Below, piece by piece: positions 25,706-39,100 of a stretch of DNA of 64,000 nucleotides. The notes beneath the pieces were generated by a model. That model was not told the DNA's origin. It did not search any database and worked only from the letters and a program-made list of their open reading frames with translations. This DNA is from Balanoglossus misakiensis (taxonomy: Eukaryota; Animalia; Hemichordata). The position numbers and the translations under genes were made by a program. Positions within the stretch are counted from its first letter, which is position 1. Each line of letters begins with the position of its first letter. The stretch lies in contig CM082578.2 in assembly GCA_040954595.2 (NCBI GenBank), positions 16,042,998 through 16,106,997 on the forward strand, read 5' to 3'.

Positions 25706-25868
25706 TTGGGCAGGTCATGACTGTTTTACGCTGCAAGTCTGTGATTGGTACATGTATAATGACATTCCTACATGCTGAGCTATGATTGGATAGCTCTCGG
25801 TTCCTTCACAGCACAGCTGATGATTAGGCAGCCCATAATATTAACATTCTCATACAACAGAGCTTTAA
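25682..25868 (+). repeat. About five degenerate ~40-bp tandem copies of the PM20D1 terminal codons and stop region
   Basis: TGATTGG/TGATTAG recurs at 25703, 25742, 25783 and 25821. Copy 1 is CATTCTCACACAGCAGAGTTATGA; copy 5 is CATTCTCATACAACAGAGCTTTAA. Confidence 0.7.
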
Positions 25869-26323
25869 GACACTAACTAATACTGAGTGACATCCCTTTT
25901 ATGCACTTGGTAGAGTTAATTTGGCTGTAATCTGGGAGAATAAATGTATAAAAAGTCCCAGTGAAAACACTTGCAATGTTATGCAAGTTCATGTCACTGA
26001 GAGTTCGGGAACCAGACTGTATTGTGCAGAAACGGACTCGCTCACTCACTCACAGAGGATATTTTAATGCAGATCTTGAATCATCGATGTTAAAAGTAGC
26101 ACACATCAACCCCTGGAGGAAACCGTGTGTACTTGCTCGCACCTGCATATACTTTCCAGCCTTTCTACAAACATATTTCGTGACAAACAGGTTGTTAAAA
26201 GTTAATTGCCAGCTTTATGGCGATTATGTACTGGCATAAGTAGTTTTTACACCAATCTTTTGTCAACAATATAACAACGATTAAGTCATGCGCATGTGTT
26301 CAATTTCACAGACTTCTTGCATT

Positions 26324-26330
26324 TATAAAA
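26324..26330 (+). promoter_or_regulatory. TATA box of the GPCR gene
   Basis: TATAAAA ~98 nt upstream of ATG 26422. Confidence 0.5.
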
Positions 26331-26421
26331 GACGTAGCTGGGGCAAGACTTCCAGACTTCGAATTCTGTGTCGTTGCCTTACCACCCATTTTGTTCAGCC
26401 GAAAACAGGAGAGTTCTCACG

Positions 26422-29400
26422 ATGAAAACGGGAAGATCTCTGGTTTTCATGCTGATTTTCTTGCAAAGATGCATTTGCACTGAAACCTTTGATGACCTGG
26501 ACTCAAGAAGTGATAGGATGACGACGATGGCGATTGGTGAGGTGAGCTCAAGTCCAGACCTACTGACGCGCATGTCCGACCAGTCAAACACCCAAACCAA
26601 TTTGGCTCATCGAGAAGCAGACGACACCAAATTGTCCGTGTCGATCACGACGACGAAGACCGTTGGTCATTGGTCTACAGATTGGACTGGCCTGCTGTCG
26701 CCAAAACAGAACTTCAACACAGATTTCTCCGATGTTGGAGATGAAGGCAAAGTCGATAGCGAGAATAGTACTTCACAAATTATGGGAGATGGCGTTGGGA
26801 GCTCCTATCAACGAAATGTGTCGGAAAATCCACCCGAATCATTTGAAACTTTTGCGCTTCAAATGCAATTTCGTGACAATTATCTCGTACCAGTATGTAC
26901 CGGTAAAAACCTCCAAGAACTGCAAAGCGACTCGTGCCAGTATGGATGCTCCGAGTTAACAGCTACCAGCAATCTCAGCAGAACGTGCAATTGTGACGAG
27001 AACTGTCCGTTTTACGGAGACTGTTGCTATGACTACCGTCACGTCTGTCCCAAACTTGACGAGGCCGAGAAAAGTAAACTGGTAGAAACATTCGTGAACT
27101 TTTGGGTTTGTATGCCCATCGATCAATTGGACAGGGAGGAAAAGAACATTCTCGTGATCGGAAAATGCCCACATACATGGGAAACTAATTCCGTTAGAGA
27201 AAATTGCGAACTAAGGCAAACAGGTAAGCGCCGGTTTTTCAGACTGTATTCGAGTTGTCATTTTCAAGTGTAAGAACTTACTGAAACTTATGCAGTCCAA
27301 GTACAAAGCCTGCGCAGCGGTCTGTGAGTGTGTTCTTGCCGCACAGTCAGTACACACTGTTCATATATCAATTTTAAAGTATCCCGTTATCCGAGTAGTA
27401 AGTATTATACAAACAGCATTTTTGCCATCGAACCCAGCTGTTGAGTCACATAGTACGAACACGAATAAAATATGACATGATTTGGTGTGATCTCCTAAGA
27501 ATTCTGGTACAAATTTGTGTGCTCGCATATTGAGACCTCCTACAGTTTGCAGTCTTTAGATTCGCCGTCCATAATGAATGAATGAATGAATCAATCAATT
27601 AATTTATTATGTTCTAGGAAATGATCTCCTGGTATCAATCCCCGTAATTCATGTCGAAGACGAACGGCAAATTTATCGAAACATCTACTGCGCTGTCTGT
27701 CACGCTGTTAGTGAAGAACATGTGATTTTTTGGAAAGTGAAAGCTGATTGCCATAGTAACTGGAAACCGCCGAGTGGACAGATTGTTGAATTTATGATGG
27801 ATAATTGTTCGCTGTCATTCACGCCTCCGGTTGACAGAGCCAAGACGCGAAAGTGTGAGCGTTACACCGAACAAGACAACACGTGTGATGCGGCAGCAGG
27901 TGTCGGCCTCAAGGCTGACTTGGAAGAACTTCAGAGGGTGTGTTTGTCTTACGTCTCCGTTGTCAGTGACTATGTTCACAAGTACAGAAACCCTCACTGT
28001 GCCATCTGCAACGGAGTAGATGCGACGAAGCTTGAATGCATCCACGATTTGGATGCCGGAACTGATTCTTTTCTCGGGATCGTCAACTCTGTAAATCCGC
28101 CAAGCTTCAGAATCCTGCTTGACTTTAACCCAAAGGGCTCCTCGCAGTTTACAATTATTGACAACGGGGGACGGGGCGATCAAACGCCAGACCCAGCGAA
28201 CTTCAACGTGCAAATGGAAGACACTCGTTGTGATGAGGGTTATATCTATGATCCGCTTTCCAGACTTTGTCGAGCCGTCTACTGCCAGGGTGACAATACC
28301 TTCCCAGGGTGCACTTCGTCAAAAGTGATGTCACACCACAACGGTGATGCTAACGGCGCATCAAGAAATGACACAGGGACTTTGAAAATATCATGGATAT
28401 TTGTTGTGCCAAAAAATGTTAGTAACAGTACGATGCAGGCGACAATTTCACAAGCCTTGGATACTATAGTCGGCGCTTTTGAGGGCGCTATCCAGCTGAT
28501 TGAATATTACCAACTCACTGGTTTACAAATCAACCAAGAAGACGACCAGAGTGATTACGAAGCCATAAAGTTGATCGCCTTTTTCAAAGTTTTGCATGAA
28601 AACTATACTTGGGAAGACTTTTCCGAAAAAATAAAAGACCCTTTTGCGGAATTCCAAATCGATAAAATAGATGAACCTTCGTTGAGGGGCGTCATTCTGG
28701 AAGAAGATAGTTCGGCTAGTGGAATGTTTTGCGAATATGGTAACTTGGTGTCGTTAGACGGCCGGCCAGAATTGAGAATAAACATAACAAATAACGGGAG
28801 TCTAATGCTTCAAAGCAGGTTTGGCAGCATTGTGATAGGGACTGATAATTTCAGAAGAAAAGTTACCGCTTTCTCATCGGGCGGTAATATTAGTGTGGAA
28901 TCTGAAATCAAAATTTGCTACCATGATCCGCTGTTAGAATGCCAAGGTGACTGGACCCTGATAAGACTGAACGCGACAGAGTATAAGGTAGGAAACAACT
29001 CGGCAATACTCACACCTGATGGACGGCAATACAACGCGCTTGATTTCCATATAAACGTACTCGATGGTAGTGTTTTGTTATGCGTCAAGTCCCGCACATT
29101 GGTTTTACCCGATGCTTCCAACATAGCTATTGCGTATGTAACTCTTATCGGACTCGCTGTTTCCATGTCTGCACTGTCGGTGACAATAATGACGTATATC
29201 ATCTTTCCTGTTCTGCGCACAAAACCAGGAAAATGTATCATGTGCCTCAGTGTTTCTCTCTTTGCGGCACAGTTGATATTTATTAATATAGGTAAGGCCT
29301 CTGATGTCAGGAATGTGTGTATAGTTATTGCTGTGTTGTTGCATTATTTCTGGCTGGTGTCGTTCTGCTGGAGTAACGTCATCGCCATAGATCTCCTGAA

Positions 29401-30133
29401 AACATTCGGGCGCGGTATCTCGATCCAAACCGGTCACAGACGAGTGTTCGCCCTGTACAGCGCGTATTGTTGGCTTCTGCCGGCAGTCTTCGTAACAGTG
29501 ACCGCTGCTTTGGACTTGACCACTCGCGTGGACATCGGTTACGGGAGAGACGGCATCTGCTGGATTGGCAGTCGCCTTGCGCGAGGGTTGGCGTTCGGTC
29601 TGCCCGTTGCCGTCCTCGTTTCCATCAACATCGTCTGCTTCTGTCTAACAGTTGCGAATATCCGAGCGCTGGCAAGTAAAGCCAAAGTGGTCACAAGCAA
29701 CTCGGGCTCGAAACAGTCGTGGTCAAGAAACCAAATAGGTCTGGCCGCAAAGATGGCTACCTTGATGGGCTTCACTTGGATCATCGGCTATCTGGCCGAA
29801 ATATTCGACCAGGAATTCCTTCACTTCATCTTTGCCATCTTGAACAGTGTCCAAGGGGTCTACATCTTTATTGCGTTCACTGTCAACAGGAGAATCATGG
29901 GAATGTACGGGAAAAGGTTTGGTTGGCCATGTCTCCTGTTAAATACAGAACCGAATACTATAGACTCGACAGTGAGTTCTTCTGTGAACCGCTCGACTTT
30001 GAAAAGAGCCCAGAACTCTTCGCCAGACGACAGTCCAGATGTTACAGTAGAAAGTGACCGGATAGAGATGATGGAAAATGGGCAAAAAGTCATACACAAA
30101 CCACCGAACTGGACTCTGAAGCAAACTTTATAG
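26422..30133 (+). CDS. Class B (secretin/adhesion/Methuselah-like) GPCR with a somatomedin-B-like domain and long Cys-rich ectodomain, ~1105 aa
   Basis: Exons 26422-27223 and 27618-30133 (phase 1, 3318 nt). Signal peptide MKTGRSLVFMLIFLQRCIC. SMB-like CQYGC...CNCDENCPFYGDCCYDY..VC. Two YRNxxCAxC motifs. 7TM class-B hallmarks: LRTKPGKCIMCLSVSLF, C..IAVLLHYFWLVSFCW, Y..YCW, GYG..ICWI, LMGFTWIIG, FAILNSVQGVYIF. Confidence 0.92.
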
Positions 30134-30667
30134 CCTTGTGACTCGACTCGACTGGAGGAAGTGTACAACATGGCTTTGGCATTCACTGATACATGATTTG
30201 TTTTAAAATAAAACCACCATCAATTGTTGATATTTTATTATTATTATATTATTCTTATTGTTATTATTATTATTATTGAAATATCAAGCTAGTACGTGTA
30301 CCATATTTTCTGTCATTAATGAAGCTCCAGCTCCAGGATTAATGATATTGACACAATATCAGAAATAAAATTGAAATTCAAACATCACAAAATGTTAGAT
30401 ACATATCTGATATTAAACTTTCCCAGACTCACAAGTCAAACCAATGTAAACACATTCTCGGTTGTTCGTCTTTATTTGCAGCATGCACAGTGGCATATTT
30501 TGTGCACGAAGTATGTGTTATATAATATAATATAAAACGAAAGTACAGTATATATTAACACACAATATATAATACCGGTCCTAATGCTACACAGCACCGG
30601 TGCATCACAATACATTTGCGGAGGTAGTTTAATTATTCGGCAGACAAACACAAGAAGTGCTTGAGAC

Positions 30668-33116
30668 CTAGGGACAACTTCCCATCAAGCTGGAAACTTT
30701 CTTGCCAACATCTCTCTCCCAGGGTATAACAAGGCTTTGTTGATCGACCAGATATCTACCGGTGCGTTCATCTCGAATGCCAGCGATGACGTATTCATAT
30801 CCCTGCAGTAACATGGGGCAAGTGCAACCGGTTCTTGTCCACGATGTCGGAAAGAGTTGAATTTCTTCCCCAGCGATGCCGGTCTCCGCATTCTTAAATA
30901 CTCGTTTGAGATTTGCTGTGACGACGACATTGGATCCCTTGTCTTCAGCCGACACAATCTTAGCACGAACAACTACAAATGCACAGAAAAGACATCATAA
31001 TTTTTTAAAATTATATCTCCATGGAGAGCAGCGTTTAATTTCCAACACTGAAATCTTGGTTGAGTGTTATACAGTTTAGCTAGCAAATTGTAAGGACACT
31101 CAAACCCATACAAATACCTACTTTACCGAGAAAAGGGGGAGAAAAAATGAAAACTGTGTAGCGCTATCAAACCGACCAATATGCATCGCATCTTTAGACA
31201 CCTGTTGTCATTAGGGATGGAAATTCTGATACAATAGAATGGCGTAATACAGCTATCTCATTGGCTAACAGACTGACTGCACTGATCCAGGTGCACATCG
31301 ATTTGCCACGTGCGCGTTGTACTCACGCGCATGTCACTGTGTTTCGGCCTCGTCACCAATATGGACGCGTACGCGGATATCTCCGACACAGAGTATTCAA
31401 GCGAATTGGAACGGTTCTGCTCAAGTTTGACAACCCCGATACCACTGGATGACAGAGGAGATTCTAAACTACCGGCAAAACAGGCACGTGAAAGATTTCG
31501 GGCTCCCGTGAACAAGTACAAAGATCTCGCGTACCACAAAATACACGCAAACCTACCAGGCGGAGATGTCAGTGCAGTGGAACACGAGGACATGCCCAGA
31601 AACGGTGAATCTGGATATCATACAGGTAACGCAAGTTTCAGTTATGTTTTCATATTTGTCCCAGCGCGAAAGTAACCGTTATATGACATGCTAATCTTGG
31701 CAACAAACTATGCAGTGGGTCTGTCCTTTCCGCTGTGTGTTGTCATTTGAACGGAATTTCAAGTGCGGGATTGTCATTAGATTCCTCCCCAATGTCATTC
31801 CTCGTCTGCAGAATTTCCAACTACTAGTATTATTTGCGTTAAAATCAGGTTTCTGCAGCAACGCATTCTTGTTTTCTTTCCGAGAGAGCTCTGCACATAC
31901 ATACACACAACTTGGCAGTGTAGCTTTCTGGCTTTTATTTATTCTTCGCAAATTTGAGTGAATTTACCACTGAGCTCCATCTCATATGATAAAGACCATG
32001 CTGCGAGGACCATAGCATCTTTAGTGCCCCCCCCTTAAGTACACCGTAGACTTTCTGGAGGAACGTGCGGGTAGCGTGTTATTTGTGAACAGTCACACAC
32101 ACTATACAGTGAAGGAGAAATTTGCTCACCGTATCCATGGTGACACAGATCTTCATCTTCATCAATCACACTGTTGTCGTGACAGATACACCTGTCTGAT
32201 GAAAGAATGCAGACAATTGTATTACAATGTACATCACGACAAACAATGCTTTGCAGTGAGGACGGTGTGTTTATGAGCAGAAAGGACGACCCTACAATAC
32301 CACAGAAACACTTACCAACCCTTCTCAATCCGGCTGCCAACCGAAACTGTTTTCTTCTTCTTTCTTTATTCCTTCTTTCCTTCTTTCTCCTTTTCTCTTC
32401 GTTCTTCGCTTTCCATTCGATGATTGGTGGGATGCAAGCGCCGCTGTTGGCGTCACAGTTGACACCCACTTCACAGGAGCATCTCCGGCAGCCATTTTGG
32501 CCGAAACCATAGTAACCTGGCGCACACCTATCACAGAAGGGTTCGGCTACTCCTTGTTTACAAATGCAAGCGCCGGTATCTGGGTCACAAGCGTCATCAC
32601 TGGTGCCCACTGCATTGCACACACACCCTACAATACAACGAAATGATTTATTTTTATTTCTTCGAATCAAAACACCGTGGCATCATTACGAGTGTAGGTA
32701 ATACCTGAACAGAGTATTTTCGATTCTTGAATCAGCATTTTAGAAGTGGCATAGGTGTAGTCAGTTTGACTAAAATGAAATCGCTTTGTTCAGAAACAAA
32801 AGTACTAATAGTTTGGAAACTTACTTCTACATGCTTCAGGATGAGTGAAATCTTTGCTTGGAGATCGGAAATACCCCGGTTTACACGATTGGCAATTTCG
32901 ACCTTGAGTGTTATGCTTGCAGTCGTCACACACTCCCCCACTCGTCCGACCGCTCTCCAACCATACTTGAGAGTCGAAGTGACAGCTATCGGCATGTCCA
33001 TTGCAGTTACATTCTGTCGGAGGGAGAAGTGAGCATCAGATGAGATGACATCCAGCAAATTTTATTGGCTTTTTCCCTCCCTCCCTCCTCCCTGTTTTGA
33101 TGCCTTCTTTTTCCCC

Positions 33117-33157
<41 letters not shown>

Positions 33158-36100
33158 GTCCGTCTGTAATGATATGGACAAAAACTGTCACTTTCTCTTA
33201 AATCTTTTCTTACTAAATCTTCGCCAGTTCTTATCACATTTCGCGTAAAATCTTCAAATCCCCACACAAGCGAAACTACTGCGAGCTGCTTATTATATAA
33301 AGGCTTATACTTACGAGTACATCCATTTGGGTCGTTGGTCAAAGCATTCGCCGGTCCCCAAGGAGTGTCGTTGTATAGCGGTAGACACTTTTCACAGTTA
33401 TCGCCATCAGTATTGTGTTGACAAACACATTTTCCATGAACCTATGACAATAATACCAGTAGTCAGAAACCAGATGTGTCACCCACATTTGTGCTCGGGA
33501 GCTAACAATCCTACAATCAATGTCCACTCACCTTGTTTGGCGGTGTGTCGTATCTTTCCTCCTCCTTCACAGCCATAGGTACACACTCGTTGGCATGGCC
33601 ATTACAGAAACACGTGCCACCCACAATCAAATCATAGACGGCAAAGTAGTCTAACTTGGGCATTTCATCTGCCAGGGCTGGAATTCGATTCACACAGGGA
33701 CATTGCTGATTCTTCAGCAGGTTGATGCGTAGGTTAGTGATCTTCAAACGATCTTGCGCTTCAAAACTGTATGGGTCAAATCTTCCTCTTGTTGGCAGCA
33801 AGGTTCGAAAGATTACCTGGGGAGGAACAAATTCAAAAGTTATGAATACTGGCTTAATTAATTCACTTTGAGTTGAAAAAAAACTTAACCATAGACCTCA
33901 GATTTTCAACGTACACATCACCCTTTAGGAACACACCGTGTAATATCAGAACATTACCGAGTAAAGTCCTCCCTGTTTCTGCCGGCCCAACCTCCTCGTA
34001 ATTACGCTGTGACCTCTTGATGACATTTTCTCAGACTTGGGTCAGCAATATTTGACCACATGAATTGAAAAGCGATCGGCATTATCATTTAGTCTGGGCG
34101 TGTCGCCTCGATGGACCTCTCCAAATATTTATGGGCAAACTAATTGAATAACGTCGCGCGTGAATAGGTCTTTTGTAAACACATAACGATTACTTTTTTA
34201 CAATTCATGTTTGCCAAAGTCTGCTGAATAATAAAGTTTACGATTGACTCGTCATGTTTTTGGAGTAAACCTTGACAGTATGACCAGTTTTCCGTCTGCA
34301 AGATTTCTTGTCAAAATGTCAGCGTCACAATGCATCTGGGCGTCTTTTTGATGTGACCATTAAGTCAACAGACTAAAGGTTTTCTGAAAGGTGTTCTAAA
34401 GGTAAAGTCTCCATCGTACAAATTGAAAATAACAACAAACCCCACTCATCCATAAAAAGTGTTTCTAATTGCCATGCGCACTGTCGCGTTTCGGCTCAGA
34501 CATCGACTACCCCCTGTTGGATCAGTTGATTACTTGGTCTATCATCACGAGTTCTTGAGACTTTGTTTGTGTCGCTCAGTTGTCTCGACTTGTCAGATTT
34601 CCTTACAATCTACGCATTTTGACTATAACCGAACCTTGGTGTATTTTTGTCACCAGAACTTCCCTGTGGTCGTAGTTGCATCGAGTCAGTGATGTCCTTC
34701 AATCCTTAACCACCGTTGGGAATGTGAAGGCGCTCTTCACTGTCAGGTAAGACGTTCCCTTCTCATAATTTCACTATGTCGTACAATTGAAAGTAGACTG
34801 ATTACGTTTGTTGAACAACGCACCCTTCAAACATCACTGCTTACACAGGGCCATTTTATCACTTGAATTTTACAGACGGTTTTTAATCAACTTGATACTT
34901 GAATTAATTTGTCTTTTGTGCTGGCTGTGTTTGACATCATTCAAAATCAACATCTACATTTCACCAAAACTTTCGCGTCCCATTCGATCAAAAACATTTC
35001 TGATTTCATGGTCAATATACATGTACCTGTAATACATACACGTTGTTTAGCAACAAGCCCCCATTGGTTGCATATCGGTTGCACTGGTTGCGTGACGTTG
35101 TGTCGTATTCAGATCAATAAAGTTCGAGTGTTACCAACATTTGATGGTCACTCTATTGATCGACGACTATTTCTGTTTTATATGCCATTGATAATCCCCA
35201 CTATTAAAACATCGCAGTCACGTTTTGGTCAGATAATCCAGTAAACGATGTGATTTGATGATCAATAGTTCACGGGTTTTTTTTCATTGACCGCACAGTC
35301 ACAGTTCTGGGGGCTGTGGATGCAATACTGTAGTGTACACAGTACAAGTAGTTGTACACACGTTGCTGGGTGTTCCGTACAAAGGGTGTCGGGCTACGTT
35401 CTCAGTGGTGCGCACCCAACGTTATCCTTCAAACGATGTGTATACCTAGCTATGAGTCAATAGATCATATGCATTTTTGGGGGTCCTATATATTTTACTT
35501 TCCTTGATTTTTGATTTCACGAGTTTCGTACGACAGCAAGATTAGTAGTGCTGTGATTTATCCAAATAGACGTCTCAATATATGGCCCCACAAGGCCCAG
35601 CCGAAAGCTGCCGACAGAGACAGAAATGATGAAATTCTTCGTCATTGTCAGTCGTTAGACGCCTGGTTTTAAGGGTTTAGCACAAACATCAAATGGCCGC
35701 ATACTTCGACAAATACAGCCTAATTTGCAGGATTTAGCCTACAAGCGTCTGATCCTCAAAGTCGCGTATAAACGTTGTGATTTCAAAATTGCCATGCATG
35801 CCAGGTTGACCTCTCAAGGTACATGGGTGTGTGCCAAACTGCGCCAAATTTTAATTGAATTTAAAACATACATGTAAGCGTTTGACTTTTTGCATGTAAT
35901 GTGAAATGGTACGCCCCATTCCTGTGGGGTTTCGGTCATCGACTTCAATAGTGTCTATATGTGTAACAAACTGTGTCGGTATGTCGATGACGGTTGATTG
36001 ATAAGGCCCAGACACGAGACCCATGCCCCCTTCTCAGGGCACATTGAATGCAAGTATGCATCTCGCATTCGAGTGCACGTTCGGGAGACTGTGACTGATC

Positions 36101-39100
36101 TATCAATAACTACCAGAGGGAGGCGGAATTTGGAAAATTGATGATAGTAAATTTAAAGTTGAACTGTTAACCCCCCTAAAAATATTTGGAAATACGTTTA
36201 GCACATTGTGATAAGGTCATCTACGAACAATAACATGACAAGAGAATTTCAAGGAAAGTGGTTTCTGAGATATAAGAGGTTTAAACTAAAATGGCAAGAT
36301 TTGCTCCCAAATTACATCGATTGCATTGACATTTTCACCGAAATATAGACTTATTAACAAAATGGCCAAAATATAAAACTAGTATTAGAATTTTCTTCAT
36401 AAGACTGTTCAAGGACCGTTATTGTTAAGAAAGCAGCTTGCAGGGTGTCGTATGTATATCGGCAGCTTGTGGAAGTTCACACACTTTCAACTGATCACAC
36501 GGCAATGCGATACGAAGACAGTTGGAGATGAGACGTTTTCAGTGATCCAAAACACACGTGCCGCGCACCCAAGACGGAAGTAGCATGATATTTTAGAGTA
36601 CCCAATTTCAGATCTCTATCAAGCGCAATCAGATAGGTTTCCGAATTTAAATCTGAAACTCGATCCATCTTCACGGAGCAACAAGAGTTTACAGCAGGAG
36701 GCGGGACATGGAGGCCTCTATAAGGGGAAACAATTAGACTAACGTTTTTATACTATAAAGGTGATCTTTAATAAACCGTAACAGTCCTAAACACAGACTA
36801 AATGTGTACCCCCCCCCCCCGACCAAAATCCGCTATGACGCTTGAACGTGTTTAATGGATGGGTATTCCCTCTTACGCTCTCTCCTGTAGAGACCACAGA
36901 TAAGTTCGACTTATCTACCTGTTACAAAACAATTCCAAATTTATTGCTCATAAAGTAATCGACGATCAATTATTTTGTACTGGAAAGTAAACATTTATAA
37001 AAAGACTTGAAGATGGCATAAAAACAGCACAAACGCATTCAAAAATATTTCCTCCCTTACCTCCCCTCTCGTGCAAGGTTCTGGAGAGGAATACCGCGAT
37101 GTGCAAACAGCGCCATCATCCGTCGTCTCGTCCTCCACCAGTCCAAACTCTTCCGTGCAGTTCGCCGAGTAGAAAGAGTAGGGCCTCCACGACTGGCCGA
37201 AGTCGTCAGATCTCTCTATCGTCATGGCGGCCGGTCGTGAACTCTTGAAAACCATGACGAGATGGGTAAAGTAGAAATGACCTTCAAGATCCAACTGGAT
37301 GGTTTCCGGACCCGCGCCGAGTGATGACTGCCACCATGTGGCCGGGTGACTCAAAAAGGAATCCGTCATCTGCGATGGTGGATGGGCTTTGTTCGCCTTC
37401 CTGTTAGTGTCAGAGTTAGGGGGATGAGATGAAATGAGAAATGCTATTATTATCTCCTATTTCCTGTCCATCGGAAATGGTCAAAATAAAGACACAATCA
37501 ATCTTGTATAGGCGATGACGAAGTTGTATCCAGTGTCATTGACCAACGTATAAAAACACTATCGGATGAAACCCCTCCGGCAACATCTCTATCTCCTAAG
37601 GGATGAACCATTTAATATTCTGAGGGGGGTCTGAAAGATTGAGATACCCAGCGTCTCTGCCAAACCACCAGTCTCGTTCCTTTTAACTATGGTATGAATA
37701 TTTCTTTAGGTGACTTTTTAGTCGGAATTGTTCAAATTGTGGCCAAATCTTCAATATTCTATTCTGGAGCATTTTATTGACATTTTTCGACCAATCTACA
37801 CACAGCATTGAAATTAGCTGCTTGAACATTGGGTTGGTGTCAAACTGGCACTTTTCTTCAGTAATTTCTATTTTTGATATGTACATGATATCCACCAATA
37901 TAACAGCGGATCTATATCGGCCACTTGGTCGCATGTGTTCAAAACTCTTCCAGGCCCCCCCTAACAAAATCAAATGATCCACCCCTAAAACGTTTCCGTT
38001 TGTAGTGCTTGCGTAGAGTCGTGATTCGCCGCGCGGTGATATTGATTAGTGTCCTTGATATCCGTCCTTGGATGTTAATACTGGTATCCCCCAAGTCATT
38101 CCTTCCAACTTCAGTAATACCCACCCAATGTCTGAAAAGTACTTAAATAAACCACTGCAACCCTCAGTAGTGTTTAAGCTGTTGGATTTACACTTTTAAG
38201 AAAAGAAGGATCGATTGTCGGGGTCACTGGGGACAAAGACACTTTACCTCGCGTTACATTTGACGCAATTAACATCGCTGCAGGCTTCGACGACGCAGTA
38301 CTTCTCGCCTTTCTTTCGTCCGCACTCTGTTGTGGTCGTCACACGGCGCCCCGTCAGCAGATTGCCGGGTCGAGGGTGACATGTCTGGCTGGCACATCCC
38401 TGCCTCAGATCTAACGAAGGAAAGAAAAAAAAACACGTGTAGCTTCCAAAATACTGTCATTACGAAAAGGGCTGATTGCCAAAAAAGTTATAGATAGTGT
38501 AAAGAGAAACACGTGCTTTGATGAATGCTAATATGCAAAGTGGACCAAGAAATGGGACAAGTTACGCACAAACTCCCGTAACTTTATCAGACTATTTGTT
38601 AGAAGGTACATGTTGGCGAAACAGATGTTGCCATTATATATGTGTAGGGTTAACGCGCTGAAGACTTTTCCACGCAACACTTGACATGTTTCAAACTTTT
38701 GACCTTACAAGCAAGTAAGCAACAAAGTTGTAAATGCCTTTGTATAATTTAGTCGACTTACCAACAATAGGCGGAGATGCGTTTACCAAACACCACAGCA
38801 GCTGAAAGAGAAGGAAAGCGCGGAATCCGAACATTTTGAAGAAGAAAAACACACTTTTTTTCTCTCTTTTTTAACGTCGGAGTACGTGGCCGCTTAGTTG
38901 ATTGCGTGATGCGCGGTGTCTAACAATAACTTCAAAAGTTGATGCAAAACACCGACCACGGAATTGTTGGTGGGCCTGTAGCACCGCTAGATTGTGAGGA
39001 TTGGACGACCCTCCACCGAACAGACATCCACGCGGACTGAATACTCGCTCGTGTGCTGCCGGTGTTTTAAAAAACACGCATCACTGTGCAATCTCACATG

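Noticed and set aside
27815-30186. Multiple 60-130 aa ORFs overlapping the GPCR on other frames and strands (also 53788-54309, 57745-58140, 59583-60209 over the CNBD gene)
   Set aside because: Shadow ORFs of real coding exons.
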